Positions 29,802 to 39,288 of a stretch of 64,000 nucleotides of DNA are shown in pieces. Each line of letters starts with the position of its first letter. Positions within the stretch are counted from its first letter, which is position 1. Under the pieces are notes generated by a model. That model made no database searches and had not been told where the DNA came from. It saw nothing but the letters and a program-made list of their open reading frames with translations. The DNA comes from a bacterium (GTDB lineage: Bacteria > SAR324 > NAC60-12): the NCBI GenBank assembly GCA_965205865.1, contig CBDBHR010000029.1, forward strand, positions 224,001 through 288,000, written 5' to 3'. Both the position numbers and the translations under genes were made by a program.

Positions 29802-30614
29802 TCAATCTTTCCATTGAGGTTTCCGTTTTTCAAAGAAAGCAGCGATGCCTTCTTGTGCGTCTTGCGATTTTACAGTTTTCTCCAGCATTTTCTTCAAGTA
29901 AGGCATAGCATCTTCCATGGGCATGAGTTCTTGATGGTAGAAAGCTTCCAATCCCATCTGCATGCTGGTAGGCGCCAGTCTCGACATTTCCCTGGCCAAT
30001 TCCGCAACTCGGCAATCAAGCTGATCTGCCGGGACGACTTCGGTTACCAGTCCGTATTGCTGCGCATGAAGGGCATTCATTGGATTGCCGCGCATGATGA
30101 AATCGAGTCCCGCGCGTCGTGGCATGACCCGGAACAATCCTGCCATCACCATGTAAGGCCAGAGACCTCGTTTGATTTCCGGCGCGCAAAAATACACGTG
30201 ATCGGAGGCAATCACATGGGTTGCATTGCAGATCATGAGGAGAGCGCCTGCCAGCACTGGTCCTTGGACTTTGGCAATAACTGGTTTGTACAGATTACGG
30301 ATGCTGTTGGCGATGTTCTTTTTGTCACTCGATCCGGGTACGGTACTCTTGGATTTTCGCTTCTGTCCTTGAAAAGATTTCAAATCCGCACCGGCGCAAA
30401 ATATATCGCCCTTGGCGGCCAAGACGACTACCCGGATTCCGCGTTCTTGCGCCGCATAACTCAAGGCGTAAATGAATTCGTTGGACAAGGTCTCGTTGAT
30501 GGCGTTTTTTTTCTCAGGACGATTGAGCGTCAGGGTCATGATGTGGTTTTGGACGCCCACCTCTATGGTGTCGAAGATGAGTCCGTCCAGGGTTAATAAT
30601 CCGGCGTTGTCCAT
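29802..30614 (-). CDS. Enoyl-CoA hydratase/isomerase family protein
   Basis: TLNRPEKKNA, FCAGADL, KPVIAKVQG, PEIKRG, EGIAAFFEKRKP. Confidence 0.9.
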   Translation of the reverse strand: MDNAGLLTLDGLIFDTIEVGVQNHIMTLTLNRPEKKNAINETLSNEFIYALSYAAQERGIRVVVLAAKGDIFCAGADLKSFQGQKRKSKSTVPGSSDKKNIANSIRNLYKPVIAKVQGPVLAGALLMICNATHVIASDHVYFCAPEIKRGLWPYMVMAGLFRVMPRRAGLDFIMRGNPMNALHAQQYGLVTEVVPADQLDCRVAELAREMSRLAPTSMQMGLEAFYHQELMPMEDAMPYLKKMLEKTVKSQDAQEGIAAFFEKRKPQWKD

Positions 30615-30630
30615 GGCAATTCACTGATTT

Positions 30631-31208
30631 TAATTAGTAGCCTGTGATTTTCTGTTTTTGCGCCTCGATCTGAAAAATCCCACCAAACCCCCTTTGAAAA
30701 AAAGGGGGAGCAAGAAACAAATGATCCACGTTTTGAAAAATATCCTTGTATTCCTTTTTTTTCAAGGGATGAAGGGTTTTCGTACAAGCACTAATTAACC
30801 TGAGTTCGACATAAATCTTCAATAATATGAGTATCCTAGTGTATATGTCATCCTCGCGAAAGCGGGGATCCGGATTTCAGTCTGGCTGCATATCTCCGGA
30901 TTCCTGCTTTTGCAGGAATGACAAGGTTTCTCTAAGATATGAAGATTCCATAACATATTGAATTTATTAAATTCTTATCTCGAACTCAGGTTAATTAGTG
31001 CTTGGCCGAAAAATACTCAAATTGTTGATATTAAATGACATTTCTTCAATTTCATAGGATGAAGATTTGTCTGATACAGTGTTCAGATGACCAAAATCAG
31101 CAAAAAATGGGATTTTTGATGAGTTCCCCCAAAATCTTCGTTTCTTTAAAATATGTGAATACCATTAAATATCATGTAGTTATCTAATTTTCGGCCAAGC
31201 ACTAATTA
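30631..31208. mobile_element. Chain of three MITE-like modules joined at TAATTA
   Basis: Perfect 25-bp IR 30785-30809/30980-31004, perfect 21-bp IR 30992-31012/31188-31208, imperfect TAATTAGT end at 30631, and internal REP at 30847-30922. Confidence 0.75.
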
Positions 31209-31219
31209 GTTTAACATGG

Positions 31220-31493
31220 AAATCCCCTCCTTTTGGGTGGGGTTTAGTTTCCAGGCATTGCCGTTTGGGCGACTGATGCTACTTTCGATATCGTTGTTTC
31301 CACAGCAATATCATGAAAGGTAGTTATGTGCCGTTTTCGAAAATTATCACACACCCTCTGGCATTGCCAGTTTCATATGGTTTGCTGTCCCAAATATCGT
31401 TACCGTGTCTTGCATGGTGGTATTGGGGCGCTTGTTGAAAAGTGTATTCTCACTTAACGTGTACGGCAATATTGTGAGCTTGTTGAACTCAAT
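31220..31493 (+). mobile_element. tnpA: IS200/IS605-family remnant: subterminal hairpin plus N-terminal tnpA (Y1) fragment
   Basis: Hairpin AAATCCCCTCC-TTTT-GGGTGGGGTTT at 31220-31245. ATG 31326 reads MCRFRKLSHTLWHCQFHMVCCPKYRYRVL...*...ELVELN and is cut before the HUH motif. Confidence 0.8.
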
Positions 31494-31665
31494 GATCTGG
31501 GGGAGACCCCGCCCCACGAGGGACATGATGGTCAACAAAAGCAGCAACCCCGGGAAGGCCATCCAGGCATCGACAAATCTTTGCGCCACCAGGTCCACTT
31601 TCCCTCCAAGAAATCCGGAGAGACTACCGATCAGGACCGCGATGAACACATTGAGCGTAGTCGCC
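31491..31665 (-). pseudogene. Internal DppC fragment
   Basis: ATTLNVFIAVLIGSLSGFLGGKVDLVAQRFVDAWMAFPGLLLLLTIMSLVGRGLPQII. Confidence 0.9.
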
Positions 31666-31841
31666 GATCGTTTCCTGGCGCAGTACCGAGTGGATACCCA
31701 CGGGTGATCGGATACGAATTTTAGATCAATCGCAGATAGCAGTAGACATGTTGAGACAACGCCTTATTCCAGTGAAGCGGATGGACTCAGAATACAGAAA
31801 TTCAGGAAGAAATTTATTGATTTTTTGATGCCTCTCGACTC

Positions 31842-32576
31842 TCACCAATGCTTGATCATCTCGATCTCCGGGTTTGAGGTCGTATATAAGGACAATACCG
31901 GTGTATGGGCGTTCGGCGACTGCGTCACAGCCAGCATGATCATATCAGCCACATCCTCTGGCTGAGCCAGCTTCGACAGATCGTCCTTGTGGTTGTCGCG
32001 TCGCATCTTTGTGTCCGTGGCTCCCGGTTCGACCAGGGTGGCTTTCACTCCATGTGAAAGACCCTCGCTGTTGGTCACCCCGGTGAATCCGCTCACGCCA
32101 AACTTGGCAGCGCAGTAAGCGCCATACCTGGCACCCGGGTGCCTGCCGGCGAGAGAGGAGACGTTGACGATATGCCCATGTCCTTGCTCGCGCATGTGAC
32201 TAAAAACGGCCTGCGTGCAGAGAAATACCCCTTTGAGATTAACGGCCATGTTGAGTTCCCAGAGCTCCTCGGTTATCTTCGGGATGGGCGAGGTACCAGC
32301 CACCCCCGCGTTGTTAACGAGGATATCGACCTTTCCAAAGCGCTCCAGGGTCTTTTGCACCATTGACTGTACTTGCGACTTATTCGCTACATCCGTGGGA
32401 ACCGCAAGCGCTTCCCGCCCTGTTTTTTGAATCTCTTCCGCGACGGCCTCGATCTCTGAGTCGGTCCTCGCCACCAGAACGACGTTCGCCCCCTCGTGGG
32501 CAAAGGCGAGAGCTGTTGCCCGGCCAATTCCACGCCCGGCGCCGGTTACAATTGCGGTCTGATCTTTTAGTTTCAT
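31842..32576 (-). CDS. Short-chain dehydrogenase/reductase
   Basis: TGAGRGIG, NNAG, YCAAK. RBS AAGGAG before ATG 32576. Confidence 0.93.
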   Translation of the reverse strand: MKLKDQTAIVTGAGRGIGRATALAFAHEGANVVLVARTDSEIEAVAEEIQKTGREALAVPTDVANKSQVQSMVQKTLERFGKVDILVNNAGVAGTSPIPKITEELWELNMAVNLKGVFLCTQAVFSHMREQGHGHIVNVSSLAGRHPGARYGAYCAAKFGVSGFTGVTNSEGLSHGVKATLVEPGATDTKMRRDNHKDDLSKLAQPEDVADMIMLAVTQSPNAHTPVLSLYTTSNPEIEMIKHW

Positions 32577-32878
32577 GTTCAATTTCTCCTTCCTTTTTCA
32601 AAATTTAATTGTTTTTGATTCATTTTTATTTGATCTTTCATCATTTCTCCTTTTCAGAAGGGAATGGTTTTTTAATTTTTCGTCTCATCGCGCCTCCTTC
32701 ATTGGAATTGACTGCTACGCCGGTGCGGTTGAAAAAGATTTTTTGGGGAGGAAAAATCGGTTACCACATCGGATAATCAAAAATTTCACAAGATGTTAGC
32801 ATCTGGAAATAGAGGTGTAAAGAGAATTTCAGGATTTTCCAACCAGTCAGTTAAAGATGGTTATTTTCAATTTTCTGA

Positions 32879-33849
32879 TTACCATTTGAAAGGGTTGATC
32901 AGTCGGGTCAGGAATCCACGTTTGCGTTTTCCCGTCTCAGCGCCGTAACGGCCCTCACTGCCCCGCAACCGGGGATCGAGCAGATCGCGCATGGCATCGC
33001 CGAACATGTTGAAACTGTAGACGACAAGCGTCAGGAAAAGTCCCGGCCAGAGCGCCAGCCAGGGCGCTTGCTGCATGTACTCACTCCCTTCCCGGCTCAG
33101 CATACCGCCCCAACTGGGAATCTGGGTGGGCAGCCCGAATCCGAGAAAGCTCAGCGACGCCTCGGCAATGATGACCCCGCCAATGTTGATCGAGAAGATG
33201 ATGATGAGGGGCGCCATGATATTGGGCAGCACATGGCGGACCAGGATTTGGGTGGTGGGGACGCCCACGGCTTTGGCTGCCAGAAAATAGTCATTCTCTT
33301 TAATGCCGATCACCGCGCCGCGGACGACTCGGGAGCCGCCAATGCCACCGGTGATCCCCAGCACAACGATGATCTGGAGGAGCCCCTGTCCCACGATGGA
33401 CATGATGGTCAACAACAGCAGCAACCCCGGAAAAGCCATCCAGGCATCGACAAAGCGTTGCGCAGCCAGGTCTATTTTCCCTCCAAGGAATCCGGAAGTG
33501 ACGCCGATCAGGGCCGCGACGAGCACATTGAGCGTGGTCGCGGCCAAACCGACAATCAAGGAAAGACGCGCCCCGTAGATGACGCGGCTCAGGAGATCCC
33601 GCCCCAGATGGTCGGTCCCCAACAGATACTGGAGGGATGCGCCCTGCAGCCGGTCGGCCAGGTGTAATTTCATATAGCCATAAGGGGCCAGAACATCGGC
33701 AAAGATGGCCACGATAATCAAGAGCAAGATGACCATCCCACTGAAGGTCCCCAGCGGTTTCTCCCGCCACAGTCTGATGAAGAAATCCGCAAACCTGCTT
33801 CGACGTTAGGCTCATGGATGGAGGAGGTTGTTTCTTGGGTGATGTTCAT
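32879..33849 (-). pseudogene. DppC-like permease with a 1-nt frameshift near the 5' end
   Basis: ATG 33849 MNITQETTSSIHEP, then only AA at 33807-33806, then RRSRFADFFIRLWREKPLG in the next frame (paralogs read EPKRR). Could be a sequencing error. Confidence 0.75.
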
Positions 33850-33934
33850 ATTCTTGATTTTTCTATAATTCAGTCCCTCCGGGACTTCCTCTGACAGACG
33901 AATCTCAAACCTATATTTACCAGAAGCATAAGGG

Positions 33935-34891
33935 CTATTCGTAACGAACCCGTGGATCCAAATAGGGATAAATCAGGTCGATGAGGAGATTGAACAGCAC
34001 CACGCCAGTGGCAAAAAACAGGTTGACTCCGGAGATCAGCGGGTAGTCCCGGTCCGTGAGGGCATTCACCATGAGACGTCCGAGCCCCGGCAGGTTAAAG
34101 ATGTTCTCCATGATCACCGCCCCCCCGATCAGGATCGGCAACTGCAAGCCGATCAGGGAGACCACCGGGATGAGGGCATTTTTGATGGTGTGGCGTATAA
34201 TCACGATCCGCTCCTTGAGCCCCTTGGACCAGGCGGTGCGGATATAGTCCTGCCTTAAGACCTCCAGCATCATCGTGCGCGTCAGCCGCATAGTGGCCGC
34301 CGCCATCGCCGTCCCCAGAATCAGGCTGGGAATGATGAGGATGCCTAGATTCTCCAGCGGATCTTCGGAGAAAGGAATCCACTCCATCGGAGGCGACCAG
34401 CCCCACCAGATGGACGGGTAGAGCATCACCATCATGGCCAGCCAGAAGTTCGGCGTGGCCAAGCCGATGACGGCGATGGAGCGCCCAGCGTAATCGGCAG
34501 CGGTATCCTGGCGCATCGCTGAGTAGATACCGACCGGCAGCGCGATCAGCAGCCCGATGACGATGGCCAGTAACCCCAGCTCAAGGGTGATGGGCAATCG
34601 ACGTAATATCTTCTCCTCTACCGCCTCCCTGCTGCCAACCATGGAGTGGCCCAGGTTGCCGTGCAGGAGAATCCCTGCCAACCAACGTCCATACTGCGCA
34701 TAGGCAGGCACGTCCAATCCCAGCATACGCTCCAGAGCCTCACGGTCTACGTCAACCAGGAATTCCGACTTACCCAACATGGCGTCTATGACATCGCCCG
34801 GGATAAAGCGCACCGAAAAAAAGACGATGAGGCTCAAGATGAACAGGGTGGGGATGATCAGCAATAAGCGCCTGATGATATAGGCTCTCAT
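33935..34891 (-). CDS. Peptide/nickel ABC transporter permease (DppB/OppB-like)
   Basis: Close paralog of 1118-2074 and 48149-49111. Confidence 0.93.
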   Translation of the reverse strand: MRAYIIRRLLLIIPTLFILSLIVFFSVRFIPGDVIDAMLGKSEFLVDVDREALERMLGLDVPAYAQYGRWLAGILLHGNLGHSMVGSREAVEEKILRRLPITLELGLLAIVIGLLIALPVGIYSAMRQDTAADYAGRSIAVIGLATPNFWLAMMVMLYPSIWWGWSPPMEWIPFSEDPLENLGILIIPSLILGTAMAAATMRLTRTMMLEVLRQDYIRTAWSKGLKERIVIIRHTIKNALIPVVSLIGLQLPILIGGAVIMENIFNLPGLGRLMVNALTDRDYPLISGVNLFFATGVVLFNLLIDLIYPYLDPRVRYE

Positions 34892-34937
34892 CTCACACTC
34901 CTTATCAGTCGCAAGTTAAGCCCTATTCTAGTATGTT

Positions 34938-35038
34938 CCCCCCTTTCGCAAAGGTGGGCCGGGAGGGCAGGGACGAGGGGGGGATTTCATCGTACAAACC
35001 ACGTAAAATCCCCCTAAGTCCCCCTTTTTCAAAGGGGA
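34938..35038. repeat. CCCCCTTT...AAAGGGG-type palindromic intergenic repeat
   Basis: CCCCCTTTCGCAAAGGTGG, GGGGGATTT...AAATCCCCC, CCCCCTTTTTCAAAGGGG. Related motif at 30675-30710. Confidence 0.6.
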
Positions 35039-35051
35039 ACTTGTTCCAGCA

Positions 35052-36815
35052 CTAATGCCCCATTTCTTTCTTCAGGTCCTGATCGATCCAGAGGCGCGAG
35101 AGGATGAGACTATCCTCATTGGGTCCGAGATCGAATTCACCTTTGTAGCCTTTGATCCACGGATGGAGCGCCCACCACTGTGGACCTTTGGGACCCCATA
35201 TTTGCCAATGATTCTCGATCGTGTACATATCTGCCTCTGCAATCAGCCGCTTTTGCTCCTCAAAGGTGGTCGCGGCCAGGGCGGCGTCAACCTTGGCGTC
35301 CAACTCAGGCCACTGATGCAAGGGGCGGTTCCACTGGGCGTCCGAGCGATACCAGGTTACCGTCATGGAAGGGTTATAAGTGGTGCCCGCAATGCTGCCC
35401 ATGATGCCTTCATAATCACGCGCGAATAGATCCTCGTGATATTTGGCCCAGTCCGTAATTTCATCAATCTCAAGCTCGACGCCAATCTCAGCCCAGTAGG
35501 CGGCAGCGATTTCTGAATAGCCTCCTTGCAAGCCCCCGAGGACCCTCATGCGGGTCTTGAAGCCATTGGGATAGCCCGCTTCCGCCAGCAGCTGCTTCGC
35601 CCCTTCCGGGTCGTACCGATAGCCCTTCTTGACCTCTTCGGGCCACTCTTCAAAGGGGATGTAATATCCTTTCACGCCGATCATCCCCTGGGGGGTCGGA
35701 TCGGCCTCACCCTTAAAGTACGTAGCCGCAACGGTCTCAAGGTCCAGGGCCATCTGCAGAGCCTTGCGCACCCGCAGGTCGTCAAAGGGCGGCTTGCGCA
35801 CGTTTGCAGCAAAGGCATTACCCGACCGAAACCACTGCTTGTACAACACGATGTCGGGGTTGGTCTCCCGGAGGCTATCTGCCGTGTCGATAGAAGTGAT
35901 CGCACCCCCTGAAGGGCCTCTGAGATCAATCTTGCCTGAGCGCAGTGCCGACATACGAGTGGCTTCCTCCGGAATCATCAAATATTTTAACTCGTCAATA
36001 TAGGGCAAACGGTTCTGCGGGTACTTTTCGTCATGACCCCAGTAGTCCGGATTTCGGGTCCGTGTTTCTGAGCTGCCCTCGACCACATCAGTCAGCAGAA
36101 AGGGCCCGGTGCCAGACAGGTTCCTCCAGTCCTTTGAGTCCCCATATTGCTTGATGACCTCCGGCGGCATGATGTATGTGAAGAGGTCGAGGGTGATGAT
36201 GTGAAACGCGGAGAGGAAGGGCTTCTTCAGCTTCATCACAACCGTCGCATCGTCGGTGGCCGTGATCGACTCGAAGGGGATGCCATTGAGGAGGGCAGCG
36301 CCACCAAAGGGAGTCGGTCCGGCCTCGGTGAATTCGCCCATGCCCAGCATACGGTGAAAGGTAAACTCGACATCCTGCGCCGTCAGCAGACGGCCGTTCA
36401 TCGGGGGCTTATTGTGCCAGCGCACGCCTTGACGGATGTGGAAGATATAGGTTTTGTTGTCGGGCATTTCCCAACTTTCCGCCAGTCTCCCTGTGATGAC
36501 AGACATGGGGAACGGGTGTCCCGATTTCAAGTCCCATTCGTCTCTGGATACTCCCCAGTTGCCGATAGCCAGCTTCTCCAAAATTCCCGTGAGTTGAGGG
36601 TCTGTCCAGTTGTAAAAGGGGTCCCAATTCCACTGTTGACCTCCGGTAGCGAAGGTCAGTGTCCCGCCATATTGAGGAGCCTCCACCATTTCACCAGTGC
36701 TGGGGTCTTTGACCATCTCGGCCGCCATGGCCGAACTGACCCCGAGGGTGGTCACCATCAGGGTGAGGGTGAGCAATATTGATTGCATTTTACTTATTAT
36801 TTTGGTTATTTCCAT
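35052..36815 (-). CDS. Family 5 ABC solute-binding protein (DppA/OppA-like)
   Basis: Signal peptide ending AMA, PQYGGTL, LAESWE, FHIRQGVRWH, GTGPF, VRKALQMALD, AKQLLAEAGY. ATG 36815 has an RBS; an in-frame alternative is at 36905. Confidence 0.92.
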   Translation of the reverse strand: MEITKIISKMQSILLTLTLMVTTLGVSSAMAAEMVKDPSTGEMVEAPQYGGTLTFATGGQQWNWDPFYNWTDPQLTGILEKLAIGNWGVSRDEWDLKSGHPFPMSVITGRLAESWEMPDNKTYIFHIRQGVRWHNKPPMNGRLLTAQDVEFTFHRMLGMGEFTEAGPTPFGGAALLNGIPFESITATDDATVVMKLKKPFLSAFHIITLDLFTYIMPPEVIKQYGDSKDWRNLSGTGPFLLTDVVEGSSETRTRNPDYWGHDEKYPQNRLPYIDELKYLMIPEEATRMSALRSGKIDLRGPSGGAITSIDTADSLRETNPDIVLYKQWFRSGNAFAANVRKPPFDDLRVRKALQMALDLETVAATYFKGEADPTPQGMIGVKGYYIPFEEWPEEVKKGYRYDPEGAKQLLAEAGYPNGFKTRMRVLGGLQGGYSEIAAAYWAEIGVELEIDEITDWAKYHEDLFARDYEGIMGSIAGTTYNPSMTVTWYRSDAQWNRPLHQWPELDAKVDAALAATTFEEQKRLIAEADMYTIENHWQIWGPKGPQWWALHPWIKGYKGEFDLGPNEDSLILSRLWIDQDLKKEMGH

Positions 36816-36975
36816 AATTCCTCTTACTATTGAGGTGAAATAAAAAGATTCGCCACACCATTGGGCGAATCGGGATTGCAGTTTTCTCGATTTTATTGTT
36901 ACCATTGTGTCCTCTTACGTTTGAGGTGCCATAAAAGATTCACCCGCCCCGGGGCGAATCGGATTTTCGCAGCAG
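36813..36975 (-). promoter_or_regulatory. Tandem 90-bp leader units, each hairpin + U-tract + RBS + ATG
   Basis: Stems at 36847-36871 and 36937-36960, both followed on the minus strand by TTTT(T)AT, then TAAGAGG and ATG. Confidence 0.5.
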
Positions 36976-37345
36976 ACACCACGTCTGCCACGATCAGCCC
37001 CACGAATCGGGCCAGAAATTTTAAGAGACATAGGGTCCTTTCTTTACTGAGGGTTGAAATAAGGTGCGCTTGGACGCATGGATGAAGAAAAAACGGTTCC
37101 TGGAAAAGAGGATTTTTTTCTTTTTATCTCCCCTTCCAGCAATCCTAATGGTTGGTACAATATCTGCTATAAATTATATATCAAGACATATTTCGCCCTT
37201 TGGTCATTTTTTTGATTTTATTTTTTGGGTGGAATTCCAGAGACGGAAATTATGGAGGATCGGGTGAACCTCCTCCTCATGATCGCGTGAAAAGGTAAAC
37301 AGTGATAGACTGGGGGAGATTCAAGCAATTCTTTGGAGAAAATGG

Positions 37346-39028
37346 ATGAAACTGCCTTATGGGATCAGCAATTTTGCCCGTCTGATTGAAGATGGGTATG
37401 CTTATGTGGACAAGACAGGCTATATTGAACAATTGGAAAATGAACCGGCGCCCTATCTTTTTTTCTTGAGACCTCGTCGATTTGGCAAGTCGTTGTTTGT
37501 TTCCATGTTGAGCTACTACTATGGCCTGGAGCACCAGGAACGATTTGATGCTCTTTTTAGTAAGTTCTACATTGGGACCAACCCCACCCCTCGCGCCAAT
37601 ACCTATGCAGTCCTCAAGTTTGAATTCAGCCGGATTGATACCAGTACCCCGGAAGACACGCAACAGGGATTTCATGCCAATGTGTTGCTGGGAATAGAGA
37701 ATTTCGAGAAACGCTATCAACAGACGTTTATGGACTATAGTGCCTTTGATAATCCGGCTGAGGCGCTCAAACGTTTTTTTGAAACCCATCGGGATAAAAA
37801 GATTTACCTGTTGATTGATGAATATGATCATTTTGCCAATGAAATCTTGAGTTTTCATTTAGAACATTTCAGCGACATCATTAGTCGTAACGGCTTTGTC
37901 AGAAAATTCTATGAAGCCATTAAGGCGGCAACAGGTGATGGCATTGTGGATCGCTTATTTGTGACCGGAGTGACTCCCATCACCCTCGATAGTTTGACCA
38001 GCGGGTTCAATATCGCTCAGAATCTCTCAACCAGAAAAGCGACCAATGCGATGATGGGGTTTACCGAGCAGGAAGTAGTGGATTTGACGGAAGCGACGGG
38101 TTCATTCGGTCAAATGCGGGGAGACACCGCCATCATGTATTTACGTCAGTGGTATAATGGCTATTTGTTTCATGCTAAAGCGCCATCACGAATCTATAAT
38201 CCCGACATGGTCCTCTATTATCTTACCGAATGGCTTCAAGAGAAGGAATATCCCGAGAAGCTCATGGACCTCAATATTGCCAGTGATTATGGAAAAATCC
38301 GGCGTCTGTTTCAACTGAAAGATCCTGATCAGAATTATCGGGTCATCGATCAGCTGATTCACGATGGATTTGTCACCTCTCAATTGACCGGACAGTTTAG
38401 TTTTGAACGAGAGTTTACCCGCCAGGATTTTATCAGTCTGTTGTTTTACATGGGCTTCATCAGCATCAAAGAGGCCCAGTTCAATAATCTACACTTTGTC
38501 ATTCCCAACTTCGTAATCAGAGGATTGTACTGGGAGTTTTTTCTACAATGGATCAAAGAGCAAAACGCCCTGAGTTTTGAAGTGACCGATGTGCGTCAGG
38601 CGGTGATGGAATTAGCACAAAATAATGATCTTCAGCCCTTTCTCAACTTGATTGAAAACACGTTGCAAACCCTCTCCAACCGGGATTTTATCCAATTTGA
38701 TGAAATATACGTCAAGGTTTTGTTTGTCGCTTTTGCCAGTCTGGCCAATCTCTATTACATCCAAAGTGAACAGGAGAGCGAACAGAAGTATGTCGATGTC
38801 CTCTTCCTACACCGTCCTCCTTATTTCCCCACCTACCAGTTTGCCTTTGAGTTGAAGTATCTCAAAAAAAGCGAAAGCGCTCAATTGGAAACCACCGTCC
38901 AAGCAGCCACGGTTCAGTTACAGGGTTATTTACAAAGTGAAGCTTTACTACGGTTGGACAACCTGAAAGCCTATGTGATTGTCTTTGTGGGAAGCGAGGC
39001 AAAAGCAGTTGAAACCATGGAATTGTGA
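37346..39028 (+). CDS. AAA-ATPase-like protein with C-terminal PD-(D/E)XK nuclease domain
   Basis: LPYGISNF, YVDKT, RPRRFGKS (Walker A), LLIDEYD (Walker B), WYNGY, YNP, YVDV...FELKY. Confidence 0.88.
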   Translation: MKLPYGISNFARLIEDGYAYVDKTGYIEQLENEPAPYLFFLRPRRFGKSLFVSMLSYYYGLEHQERFDALFSKFYIGTNPTPRANTYAVLKFEFSRIDTSTPEDTQQGFHANVLLGIENFEKRYQQTFMDYSAFDNPAEALKRFFETHRDKKIYLLIDEYDHFANEILSFHLEHFSDIISRNGFVRKFYEAIKAATGDGIVDRLFVTGVTPITLDSLTSGFNIAQNLSTRKATNAMMGFTEQEVVDLTEATGSFGQMRGDTAIMYLRQWYNGYLFHAKAPSRIYNPDMVLYYLTEWLQEKEYPEKLMDLNIASDYGKIRRLFQLKDPDQNYRVIDQLIHDGFVTSQLTGQFSFEREFTRQDFISLLFYMGFISIKEAQFNNLHFVIPNFVIRGLYWEFFLQWIKEQNALSFEVTDVRQAVMELAQNNDLQPFLNLIENTLQTLSNRDFIQFDEIYVKVLFVAFASLANLYYIQSEQESEQKYVDVLFLHRPPYFPTYQFAFELKYLKKSESAQLETTVQAATVQLQGYLQSEALLRLDNLKAYVIVFVGSEAKAVETMEL

Positions 39029-39092
39029 GAACAAGCTATTGCGTGCTTACCATTTGAAAGTGGAGATCAGCTGGGCCAGGAGAACTTGGCAA

Positions 39093-39149
39093 GGATGACA
39101 TATACACTAGGATACTCATATTATTGAAGATTTATGTCGAACTCAGGTT
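39093..39149 (-). repeat. 57-bp exact inverted copy of the MITE end at 30797-30853
   Basis: GGATGACATATACACTAGG...TCGAACTCAGGTT is the reverse complement of 30797-30853. Confidence 0.92.
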
Positions 39150-39288
39150 TATTACCCATTCGAAGAGGCGTCATTCCTAACGAATGTGAGCAAGCTTAAA
39201 GATCTCTCCCAGTGGTCGAGATAACACGGGGGAATATAAGCTATAAGCAGTGCAGTTAGTGGGCAACAGAGATTGGAGTAGGATTGTT

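Noticed and set aside
29781-30596. 271-aa plus-strand ORF
   Set aside because: Antisense shadow of the enoyl-CoA hydratase.
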